Source: Podarcis muralis (taxonomy: Eukaryota). Taken from it: a stretch of DNA of 64,000 nucleotides. The notes under the pieces were generated by a model that was given only the letters and a program-made list of their open reading frames with translations, was not told the origin of the DNA and did no database searches. Both the position numbers and the translations under genes were made by a program. Of the stretch, positions 38,974 through 51,429 are shown one piece after another. The stretch is from the NCBI RefSeq assembly GCF_964188315.1, contig NC_135667.1:16988001-17052000 (forward strand). The letters are read 5' to 3'. Position 1 is the stretch's first letter, and each line of letters begins with the position of its first letter.

Positions 38974-41254
38974 ATGGCAGTAAGTAGAGCATTCTTACTC
39001 TCTATTCACACTGCCCCTCACTTAACTTCTCAAAGCGCCCCATCTCTCCTCTCCCAGTTTGACATGTGACTGAACTGAATTTAATAAATCTACTTATGAA
39101 TCAGTGAAGACTTGATTTGAAAGCCATGTGTTAAAATTCAAACATTTTGAGTTTGGAATATTGATTATTGTGGGATACTCTCCATATAAGTTTTAGTATG
39201 TGATCCTCTGTGCCTCACAGATATTTGAAGGTTAGAAACTCACTAAACAGTACTATCTCTGCAGTTGCTGCTGCCACCACTAAATTAAGATGAATCACCT
39301 AACTTCCAAACATGTACTAACCTATGTCAGAGAAGCTATACACTTGGTGTATATGCTTCTGGTCAGAGGTTAAACATTCCCTCTGCCAATTTTCTGATAT
39401 TAAGAACCTTCCAATTTCCCAGAAGGTATTTCATGTTAAATCAAAAGCTGTATTTCAGTGTTCAGCCATGTAATTCCTTTAATTGCTCTTCTTCCTCCTC
39501 ACCACTCCATACTGTAAATGTCCCTTCTCCTTTGGCTTTCCTCCCCTTACAGACTCCATCGCTGAACCCTCCACCAGACCTCCCTTTTGCCACAACCTTA
39601 TTCCTGCCTCTCCCTGCCATCGTTTTCTTGGTCGTTGGATCCTACTTAATACTCCTGGCCGTGGTCCTTGTCCTCCGACAGTGCCTGATGGTAACTTGGG
39701 GAAGGGATGGCAATAGTTGAAAGGGCAAACACATTTGGGGATTTTTATAGGTGTAGTAATGAGAATAGATCTATCTTTTCCATAGTGCATTACAGCATAC
39801 CATATGACAGTGCATTATGGGAGCAGTAGTCCTTTGGAGAGCAAGTAGAAAGGGGAACAAATTCACATTGTTAATATTGTGTGGTTGGTGTTCTGACAAT
39901 TTTGAATTAAAAGGTAAAGGTAAAGGTACCCCTGCCCGTACGGGCCAGTCTTGACAGACTCTAGGGTTGTGCGCCCATCTCACTCTATAGGCCGGGGGCC
40001 AGCGCTGTCCGAAGACACTTCCGGGTCACGTGGCCAGCGTGACATCGCTGGTCTGTCGAGCCAGAGCCGCACACGGAAACGCCGTTTACCTTCCCGCTAG
40101 TAAGCGGTCCCTATTTATCTACTTGCACCCAAGGGTGCTTTCGAACTGCTAGGTTGGCAGGCGCTGGGACCGAGCAACGGGAGCGCACCCCGCCACGGGG
40201 ATTCGAACCGCCGACCTTTCGATCAGCAAGTCCTAGGCACTGAGGCTTTAACCCACAGAGCCACCCGTGTCCCAATTTTGAATTACTAACAATTTTGAAT
40301 TACTTGCAATCAATTCCGTAACAAATCATAGGAGCTCTAGCCTATGAGAGATAAAAGGAATTGCTTCTTAACTCAAGTTGTTTGGTGAACCAACCTGGTT
40401 TTCCTTCTCTTACCTCTTTGCAGGCCCGGGGTCTTTGTGCCAACTGCTGTTCCTGTGAAAAGCGGCCTTGGCCAAACATGTGCGAATGCTGTTTGACCTG
40501 TGCAGAATCATGTGACTGTGCCCTTCCTTCCCCAACCCGCTGTATGGATCGCTACTGCACCTGTACTAATGTGAGTTTTCCCTCCACATAATTGATCGGC
40601 TTTTTGGAAATATCTGAGACTAGTTCCCCCTGGGGTCATTTGAATACAGTGGTACCTCTGGTTACAAACTTAATTCATTCGTTTTTTACTAAAGCCCATA
40701 CTTAAAATCATATGCTAATCAAAACAGTATATATAATTTGAAAGGAGGAGAGGGACAGGCAAGAGGGATCCGTGTGGGAGGAAGAAAGATGAACAGGGTA
40801 GACAGACACTTACACTTTCTTTAGAGCTTGTCAGAGCTTCTCCAGGGAGGCTGTGGCCTGCATGTTGAGAAACATTGAACTTACAGGTGTTCAGAGTGGG
40901 AAAACGTCAAGGGAACTTACCATGATAATCAGACCTATCCTTTGCTGGTATCTTATCTTCAGACAATGCCTATTTATTAATTTAAAATATTTTCCCCTTC
41001 CTTGCAACAGTCTTGTGGTAATCATTATTCAGTATTTCCCTGAGTCTCAAGTTTAGTGAAGGATGCTGTAACATCTTGATGCAGGTATTTCCATAGGTTA
41101 ACAGTGTACAATTTCTGTCTCTTACCAGCAGGGCTGGGAACCAGGGGCTTGTTCCTTTCCTCGCTTGTGTCCACTCTGCGATTGTGCCTGCACATACCAG
41201 CCCCCAGACTGCCAGAACATCAATTGCATTTGCTTTGAGATCAAACTGCGATAA
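38974..41254 (+). CDS. Uncharacterised ~138-aa single-pass membrane protein with cysteine-rich tail (likely orthologue of the human uncharacterised ORF upstream of ALDOA)
   Basis: Exons 38974-38979 (ATG GCA|GTAAGT), 39553-39690 (TPSLNPPPDLPFATTLFLPLPAIVFLVVGSYLILLAVVLVLRQCLM), 40424-40570 (ARGLCANCCSCEKRPWPNMCECCLTCAESCDCALPSPTRCMDRYCTCTN), 41129-41254 (QGWEPGACSFPRLCPLCDCACTYQPPDCQNINCICFEIKLR*). All phase 0 and GT-AG. AATAAA at 41505. Confidence 0.85.
39910..40273 (-). mobile_element. Sauria SINE, distinct subfamily, in an intron of the Cys-rich gene
   Basis: Same head and tail architecture. 12-bp TSD AATTTTGAATTA at 39898-39909 and 40274-40285. Confidence 0.9.
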
Positions 41255-41504
41255 AGAACTCAAGATAACAAAAAGATTATGTCTGTGATTTGGGAGTGTG
41301 GGATGATTTGGAAGTCTTCATACCAGTGGTGGATCCTACAAGCAAAATGGGGAGTTAGTTGCTCAGCCTGACATAATTAACTTGTCCTGATGCAAGAAGT
41401 TTTGAAACTGAGCTTTTTCTTTTTCATGTTGATTTTTCAAGTGCTTTTGTACTTTGTATTGCATGTTTGATATTAATGTTTTTATATTAATTGCTGCATT
41501 TTAT

Positions 41505-41510
41505 AATAAA
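41505..41510 (+). terminator. Polyadenylation signal of the Cys-rich TM gene
   Basis: AATAAA ~250 nt after the stop codon, followed by GT-rich sequence. Confidence 0.6.
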
Positions 41511-44029
41511 GCAGGTTGAATATCACTTGTGTCTCTCTTTAATGAGAATGCAAATGGAGTCCATTTAATAGACATTTGCTGCATGGAGAAGTTTGATGGC
41601 TAAGTTTATGAAAAAGTTTAGGTATTTTTTCTTGTTCACCGAAGTATGCAGTTGAATGTTGGAAGCCGGAAGAAATGCAATGAGGAGATCATTGTCAGAA
41701 GATCTGTGTGAAATAAAAAAAATAATATAGTATCTTCCAGTAGGGGGAAAAAAGCTTTCCTCCCCGATTACATTTAAAGCAGTATCATGCCACTTTAGAT
41801 AGTCATGACATTCCCCAAATAATCCTGGGAAATGCAGTTTGTTAAGGGTGCTGAGAGTTGCTAGGAGCCTCCCTATTCCCTTCACAGAGCTACAGAGTTT
41901 CTTGGGAAGAGGGATTGACTGTTAAATCACTTTGTGTGGAGGGGAATAGATGTCTCCTAATAACTCACAGCTCCCTTAACATACTGCAGTTCCCAGGATT
42001 TTTTTGGGGGGAAGCCATGCTTAAAGTGGTAGCATAGTGCTTTAAATGGATAGTGCAGATAGGCCTCAGTGATAGCCTCAAATGACCTCCAAGCCACATA
42101 AAAGCATCTACAATGTGACAAACACCCTTGCCCCCTCTTAAGTGCACAAACACATGATGAGGGACAGGCGTTTAATTACCATTACAATTATCTGCATTCT
42201 GCCTTTCAGGATACAGATCAAGCTAGCTCACAAGAAGCACTGAACTTTAATCACATTTAAAAAAGCAATAACATTTCAATAAGCATAATAAATAAGTTGA
42301 AAGATGAAAAAAAAATCTTTTTAATAATTCCAGTGGCACCTTGTAAGATCAACTAAATATAAGCTTTCAAGGTATGAGCTTTCGTGTGTAATATTTAGTT
42401 GATCTTAAACGTGCCACTGGAATTATTTAAAAAGATTTTTTCATCTTTCATCTTGTTATTTATTATGGCTATGACAGATCAGCATGGCTATCCACCTCAA
42501 TGTAATTTCAATGAACAATATCAATATTTTAAAAAGTAATCAGCACAGCTGGAGAAGGCTCTGAGGTGGCCTTCATCACATGCCTGCTTCTTATCTCCAG
42601 GAACCATTCCCACAGGACCAGTAATGGTAGATGTCCTGGAGAGGAAAAAGCACCCAAATAGCTCTAGGCAGCTAGGTGTAAAAACACAAACATTGGGATA
42701 TGGCATAGATTCTGGATGTGTCCTAAATTCAGGAGGTGCTGGGAAGAGATAAGAACAGAAATTGAAGAAATAATGGGCTATATTTTACCCAAGGGTCCTC
42801 TAATTTTCCCATTTGGGTATGCTCAAGAAGCTCTTTTAACAGAGGACAGGGAATGAAGACAACATCTCTTGATGGCTGCCAGAATTATTATTTGTCAAAA
42901 CTGGGGGAAACAGAGCATCTATGAGGGGAAAAATAATTAAAATATGGGACACAATATGCATGGCTAAGCTCACACATGTGGTTAGAACCAGAGAGGGTAG
43001 ACAGCAAGATAACAGATTTATGGAGAAATGGAGTCTTTGTCATGTACTGGAGCCATAAGGTCAGAATAACGCAGTTATTTAGAACCTTGATCTGTTATAC
43101 TTATTTTCATATGGAAATTGGTTCTGCTATGTTCAGTTCTAGATACCCCTTATAGTTTTATTGTCAGCATTTGTTATATTTTGTTGTGTTCCACAAACAC
43201 ACACTAACAGCTCTAGGCAAACATGGAGGGGAATGAGCAAAGGAAAGTGTAAAAGGATCACCAAGAGATTGGGGGATAGGGTTGTACCGGAAAGTCTGTG
43301 CCTAGCCCTGAAGGTGTTCCTGGGAAGCTGAGGTGCCTTGGCTGTCTGAAGAAACTAGCGTGTGCTACCTTTTAGTTCTGCAGACCTAGGGCCATCAAGG
43401 ATAACATATGGTTTCTCATAGAATCATAGAGTTGGAGGGGCCACAACAGTCATCTAGTCCAACCCCCTACAAAGCAGGAATCTTTTGCTCAGTGTGGCGC
43501 TTGAACCCACAATCCTGAGATTAAGAGACTCATGCTCTACTGTCTGACCTATCCCAGCTAACAGGGAAACTGTCCCTCAAAAATAAAAGCCAACTTCCCA
43601 TTGGGGGTGCGTGGATCTTCTTAGTTCACAAAGTCTCTTTACAAGGGTTACAATGGGATCCTATGCATGCCTTACTCAAAATCCCATCACTTACTCCCAA
43701 GTAAACATGCATAAGATTGTTGCTCCAGTAGTTTGATATATTTGCATATGCAGATGAGGGATGTAAAATTTGAATGGAACGGAAGAGCACTAGTAATTGA
43801 TACCCTGGATATCCCAGCAAAATACTTTTAATCCACTATATTCAACAATTGCTAAACAGCCGGTCCTCTCGTCCTTCTTTACTGAAGCATTATCACAACA
43901 GGGGGCAAAAAAGTGGGAAGCCCACAGTTAAACCTCCCATCACAAAAGCAGTAGCTTGTCTCTGGATGGAGAGGCGACTCCATCTTGGAATTGGGGCTCG
44001 TTCCCACAGCCAAGATGACTCTTTCCCCT

Positions 44030-44320
44030 TCCCGGCTGCTTCACGGCCAGCTTGCCCGGCTTTAAGATGGCCGCCCCTCCCCGGTTTAAAGGGGGAGCGG
44101 GGGTGCGTCACTTTCCCATCAACCCTTCTGTAGCTGCAATCAGGGTCGCTTGCAGCGATTTGAGGGAGGGGAGGCTGCTGGCCGGAGCGCTGGGGCTCTG
44201 AATGGGTTAGAGCCGGGAGCCAGGATGCCTGGGTCCTCTGGGGAGGAGGGAGCGGGGCTGCAATAGGTCGTGGCCGGGAGCTGTGGGGTTCCCCGGGAGG
44301 AGGCGAGGTGTGCGAGGGAA
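44030..44320 (+). promoter_or_regulatory. CpG-rich promoter/5' non-coding exon candidate for the CRK-family gene
   Basis: YY1 AAGATGGCCGCC at ~44064-44075, GC-rich, candidate donor GAG|GTGTGC near 44308. The coding ATG at 45813 sits just after a polypyrimidine/AG acceptor (45809-45810). Confidence 0.45.
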
Positions 44321-45761
44321 GCCATGTGCAGACAAGGGAGAGAGGGCTTCATTGTGGCGCTGCTGCAGAGGGGCACGCTGAAGAGCGCTTGGAGGGTGCA
44401 CAGCTGATCTTTTTTTTCCTTTTTGGAGGGGGAGGCTTTTCAAGATTGCTTTTGATCCGTTAAAGGGCTGCAATGCAGCATCGGGGTGTTGCTTCCAGGG
44501 AATGCTGGAGAGTAGTAGAGTGGATGCATGGACATCGGAGGGGAGAGAGGAGTTGCATTATTGTTTGTCCAGAGCTGGTGGGGTGGTAGGCAGATAGGTT
44601 TCGGGAGGCTGCGTGCAATATTTGTGGATGCTGGAAATTTTGGGAGGCAGGCTACTTCTGGGGGTGTGTTTTATTATTGTTGTGATGCACTGAGGCTAGT
44701 TGGGGGGTGGGGTGGAGAACGCTGGCCAATTTGTGATCTCCCGAGGTGGTTGGGGAATGGTCTCCATTAGGGGACGCAGTTTGGGGTGCTGTACCTTTCT
44801 CCAGAGGATAACCAGTGAATTGGGGACAGGGGCTGATAACAGGAGTGGATCTGTGAAAAGTCCCCATTAACCTTTTGGTGGGTTAAATCCAACGCTGGGG
44901 TAGGAATGCTTTCATATGGGAGTGTTGCAATTCTCTGGAAGTTATTCTGTTCACTTGGTGGGTATATATCTTCATCTGAGAAAGATTAGGTTTTGAAAAG
45001 GTTGACTTCCTCCAAACCTTGACTTTTTTTTTAAAAAAAAACAACAACCAACAGTATCCTGCTTCATTGATGAGGTGCTGGAGGAATTCTGGAGGAATTT
45101 TTAGAGGGTGCAATCATATCACACTTTTTTTTTGGGGGGGGAGGGTTGTGTGAACTACTTAATTCACCAAGTGTGACCTCTTAATTTTCTAGGGATGTTC
45201 TAATACAAGGACGTAAATATACTGTATGTGTTCCCCGCAGATATACCACTGGTTTCGTTGTATTATATGAAGATGGTTATTCAGTAGAGCCTGTATTTGA
45301 GTAGGTATTTAACAGTTAATAGGGTAGGTTGGTCAGGGAAGTGCCCCTTCCCCATTATATTAGAACTTGGGAGGGATGTCTAGAAGTGACCTAACTTTTC
45401 ATGACATCCCATTAATTTCCAGGATTTGATTGCAAATTGTAGAAGTGTTGTCTGCATTTCTGAGTCGTTTCTTTCCTTTCTGGAAGTCTACTATTGTCCG
45501 AGAAGAGGGGTGTGGATGCTGTCAAGGGATATCGAAGTTAGATTATCTCAGTATAAGAGAACTTGGGGTGGAGCGACATAACGAAGAACAATATTCCTTT
45601 GGTGGGGGGGGAGGGTGTTATGTGCATCTGGATTATTTGGAGGTCACACTGAACTGGAAGGAAACCGGAACAGCTACATGAGGTCACTGTTCAACAGGTT
45701 AATTTCCTCTTGACAAAGTGCTCTCAAACTCCGGGGCAACTTAGATATCAGTTTTCTCTGA

Positions 45762-47377
<1,616 letters not shown>

Positions 47378-48441
47378 ACATTTGATGATGTAACCCATGG
47401 AACGCTGACTTTCCCTGCAGTGGGGCACGACCCTTGAACTCTGACCCACACTTGTGAGCTTCTGACCGTCTCAAACATTGTACTTCCTTGAATTTTGACC
47501 TACCCGGTGGATGTTATTGATCATCCGGTTCATTGATGCTCAAGCTCCTTGGATGTGGACCTCTTCTACCACTTTGGACTCCTCAACCCATGAACCCTGT
47601 TCCTTGACTCGCTGTTCTTAAAATGCTGTGGTAGTTGAACCCTATAAACTTTTGACTCTTTACGGGGACCCGTTCATATTTCCTCCCTAGAAACATTGAT
47701 CCATTTTGGCCTTGTGATTTTTTCAACTCTGATTATGTGCCCTTGAATCTTGCAACTCCCCATCCTGTGCCCTGTGAACCCAGAAACTCTTGAGCTTTGA
47801 TTATTGATCCTCTTATTCTTGTGATTTTTTCCCCATTTGATCCTGTCCACTTTGGGTGGGGAAACAGGGCGGGGGGGGGGGGAGAGTGCTTGGCTTTGGC
47901 CAGATGGCTGACAGGAAATCCTCCCCACTCCTTATAGAGGCCCCGCTTCACTTGTTGTCTGTTCCAAACTGCCTTGTTAATTAAAGTTTCCTGCTGATTA
48001 TCCCTTGCTGGAAATTTACTCCTTCTGGGGTGGGTCTAGAGGGTTAATATGGGAAAAGAGTAGCACAGTTGTTATGGTAACGAGCATCACAACCCAGGCC
48101 TCAAATGTTGCCATGGTGAAGTGGAGCACAGCCTATTGCTGTAGGCAGGAGGAGGCAGGAGCAGCAGGCCACAAATGCTGCGTAGAGCATCTTGGTTGCG
48201 TGAGGATCACTATTAAGTCTCTCTCCATGCCTGCCAATGGTTCCTGATTAATAGGTACAGTATTTCCCCCGCACCCCAAGTTTATATACCTATTTACTGG
48301 AGCCGGTTGCCCTGCTTGTACCTCTTCTTGATACAGTCCCAGTGGCTTCCTTCTTTTAACAACATCATTGGCATATTCAGCATTTCAAAATTCAGTATGT
48401 TATAGAATTTAGAGCAGGCTTCCCCAACCTGGTGTCCTCCA

Positions 48442-48687
48442 TGTTAAGTTGTGGGTGAACATATCAGACGACACAGCGATTCTTCAAACAGCTCTTGTTT
48501 ATTCACAGGCCAGAACTGAACTGAACTGAAGGGTTCAGTCAGCCTGCTTATATAGAGCTCCAGTACAACGTAACTGTAACCATTTTCTAAAACTATCCAA
48601 TCACTGAATGTCACTTTCGATCCCTTATTTGCATAGCTATCTACAGTATCCCCTGCTGGCCCAGGGTGAGAACTTCAGTACATAACA
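48442..48687 (-). mobile_element. Solo LTR
   Basis: TGTTA...TAACA termini and 5-bp TSD CTCCA (48437-48441, 48688-48692). In minus-strand order: octamer (48627-48634), CCAAT (48596), TATA (48547-48555), AATAAA (48498-48503). Confidence 0.85.
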
Positions 48688-48994
48688 CTCCAGACCCCTT
48701 AAAACACCAAATAGTATCTGATATCGGAAGCTAAGCAGTCTCTGTCCTAGGGAGTACTTGGAGAGAGCCAGTGCGGTGAAGTGGGTACAGTGTCAGACTA
48801 GGACTTAGGAGGCCAGGGTTCAAATGCCCATTTGGCTCAGGAAGCTCACTGGGTGAGCTTGGCCCAGTCACTGCCTTTCTGCCTAACCTACCTCACAAGG
48901 GGAGAGCCACATACACCCCCTTGGGCTCCTAGGATAAAAAAGTGGCTTGTAAATGCAATAAAGAAGAACTCCCGTCAGTCCCAGGCAGCTTGAT

Positions 48995-49240
48995 GAGCCA
49001 GTATGGTGTAGTGGTTAAGAGCGATAGACTCCTAATCTGGGGAACCGGGTTCGCGTCTCCGCTCCTCCACATGCAGCTGCTGGGTGACCTTGGGCCAGTC
49101 ACACTTCTTTGAAGTCTCTCAGCCCCACTCACCTCACAGAGTGTTTGTTGTGGGGGAGGAAGGGAAAGGAGAATGTTAGCCGCTTTGAGACTCCTGAAGG
49201 GGAGTGAAAGGCGGGATATCAAATCCAAACTCTTCTTCTT
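48995..49240 (+). mobile_element. MIR/Ther1-derived squamate SINE (Squam3-like)
   Basis: tRNA head GGTGTAGTGGTT...GGGTTCG, CORE-like GTGACCTTGGGCCAGTCAC, (CTT)n tail. Older copies at ~48770-48960, ~38155-38280 (-), ~33850-34090. Confidence 0.8.
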
Positions 49241-50985
49241 GATGGAGCTGTAGTCCAAACCATCTAGGTGGCACCAAGGCAGGGAAAGACTGATTTAGAG
49301 GCACAATTTGTGTGGCACACCATACACAAATTACATCTGTACATACACAACCCCTTGATATAAGGTGAAAAGTCATCTTGCTGATTTGTAGTCCTGCTTT
49401 TGTCATTACTTTCCCCCAAATCCCTCTGTGATCCACGGACATCTTAACCCATGTTTATCTCTAGATGGAAATTATTCTTTCTAGGTGGCAGGGAAATGTT
49501 AGAATCATAGTACCATCATCACTGTTGGTCCTTTAGTTCAAGAGCAGGATCTTGCTCAGGACGCAATCTGCAAATGCAGGATACCACCTCAGCATCCTTG
49601 ACATTTGGATGTCCAGCCTCAGCTTCCAAAACTCCCCAGTCCATTCCACTATCAAACAGCTCCTACCATTAAGGAAACTTCCCCTGATGTTTTAGCTGCA
49701 ATCTGCTACTTGTACCCATTGGTTTGAGCCCTGCCCTAGGCAACTATTGTGTCTCCCTGTAAAAAGGTCTGGCCTGGGTATTCTCTCTGCTAAACAGGCC
49801 AGGGCAATGTCAACTCTTCCTTGCAGGATTTGGCTGAAGTTCCAAAAGTCCTGTAGCGGCCAAATTCACCCGCCCATGAGGAAGCATCTAGTTGTGTTGA
49901 CACTTGCTCTGCACCTCACCCTGAGGCACTGCTTATATAATGTAAAATGAGACAGCCTTCCCCCGCCCCCTTCATCATCTGATGAATTTGGGAAGATGTA
50001 ACTTCTGTCCACTTCATAGTAGTGAGACATCGGCTAGAAAAACAGAGGGGCTGGTGTAGCCACTGCCTCCTCTTCCAGTAATAATTTGAGGTGGGGTTTG
50101 TGTGAGAATTCCCAGTTCTAATTGGTTGCGTAGCTCTGACTGTAGACTTGAAGAGCCTGACATGTCCCTTAAATAATCTTAAGGCCTGTTTCCTCCCCAG
50201 GCCCTAAATATCAGGAATCCACTTCCTTTAGCTGAGTTGGTCCACCACACTCATTGCTTTTAAAAAGATTTCACAATCCTAGAATCATACTGTGGAAAGG
50301 GACCCTAGAGGTCAACAATAGCACCCTACACAACTCAGTGCAGGGTGTGTTAATGCAGGATGGCACCCCCAACTGATGGCTGCAAGCCCCACTCTTAAAA
50401 TATTTCCAGCAAACAAGAGTCTGCCATCTCCTCAGGTCCTGCTCTGAAATGGATCGTGCCATCTTTCTGCAACCTAAACAGCGAGTTGCATATACCTCTC
50501 GTTTTTTTTTAAAAAAGAAAAACAAACCCCTTTTGGTATCGAGTTGTTGTTCCTGCAGGGGGGCAGCAGATGGCGCTGGGAGACTTAAGGTCCTGGGGTA
50601 GGGGCAGAAATGGGAAACCCAACAGAAGCTTTAAAATGCAAGCCAGTAGCAGGAGAAAATTGGGGGGGGGGGATCACCCAAGATGGAGGGTGGAAGTTGC
50701 CTCCTTTAGCCTTCTCCTCGGGAAAGGGAGGAGGAGGCTGGATACAGCTCACGGGTTGAGGCAGATGGCCAAAATATATTCTGAATCCTAGGGGTTGCTT
50801 GCAGTCTGCACCACCGCCAGTGCAGGGAAGTGGGTCAAAACCGGGCTTTCCGGCAGCGAGAAGGACAGCATGCATGTGTGAGGATGGTTGGTTGGTTGGG
50901 ACTGAGCCACACTGGGGGAGGGGGCATCGCACAGGTCTCTCAGCCCCGGGCCCCGTGACACCCTTGCTGTTCCTTGCTCTGCAGG

Positions 50986-51200
50986 GAATGTCAGAGGCCT
51001 CGTGTTTCACATTCCCAGACCCCAAGGCCTATATTTAGGCTGCCCTGCGAAAGGCCAGGGGTCGGGGAGAAGGTTAGCGCGGCCCCTCCCTCCCGCTCCG
51101 GCTCCCTTCTTATACAGCCCGGCACCCGGTTTTGCCTCCGCCAGTCACCCAGCACCCAACGGAGCCATCACGTCTTGCCAGAACCCCCGCTACACCCACG
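50986..51200 (+). promoter_or_regulatory. Candidate muscle-specific ALDOA promoter (pM-like) and non-coding exon
   Basis: MCAT/TEAD sites (GGAATG ~50985, CATTCC ~51010), MEF3-like TCGTGTTTC ~51000, MEF2 CTATATTTAG 51029-51038, TATA-like TTATAC 51110, donor ACG|GTATCT at 51200/51201. Confidence 0.55.
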
Positions 51201-51249
51201 GTATCTGGGAGATGGGAGGGAAAGGAGGGGGCTGTGGAGGGGTGGGCGG

Positions 51250-51429
51250 CAGTGGCGTAGCGTGGGGGGTGCAGGGGGGCCCGGCCGCACCGGGCGCAAC
51301 ATCTGGGGTTAGGGCAAATCCACAGGTTAGTGGGCGCAAATCCACAGGTTAGGGGGTGCAAATCCACGGGTTAGGGGGCGCAAATTACTTGCCTTGCCCC
51401 GGGTGCTGACAACCCACGCTACGCCACTG
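51250..51429. mobile_element. hAT-type MITE with internal GGTTAGGG-like tandem repeats
   Basis: TIRs CAGTGGCGTAGCGTGGG / CCCACGCTACGCCACTG. Perfect 8-bp TSD GTGGGCGG (51242-51249, 51430-51437). Confidence 0.9.

Noticed and set aside
51300-51385. CRISPR-like or telomeric array
   Set aside because: It is a short tandem repeat inside a MITE in eukaryotic DNA, with no unique spacers and no true (TTAGGG)n tract.
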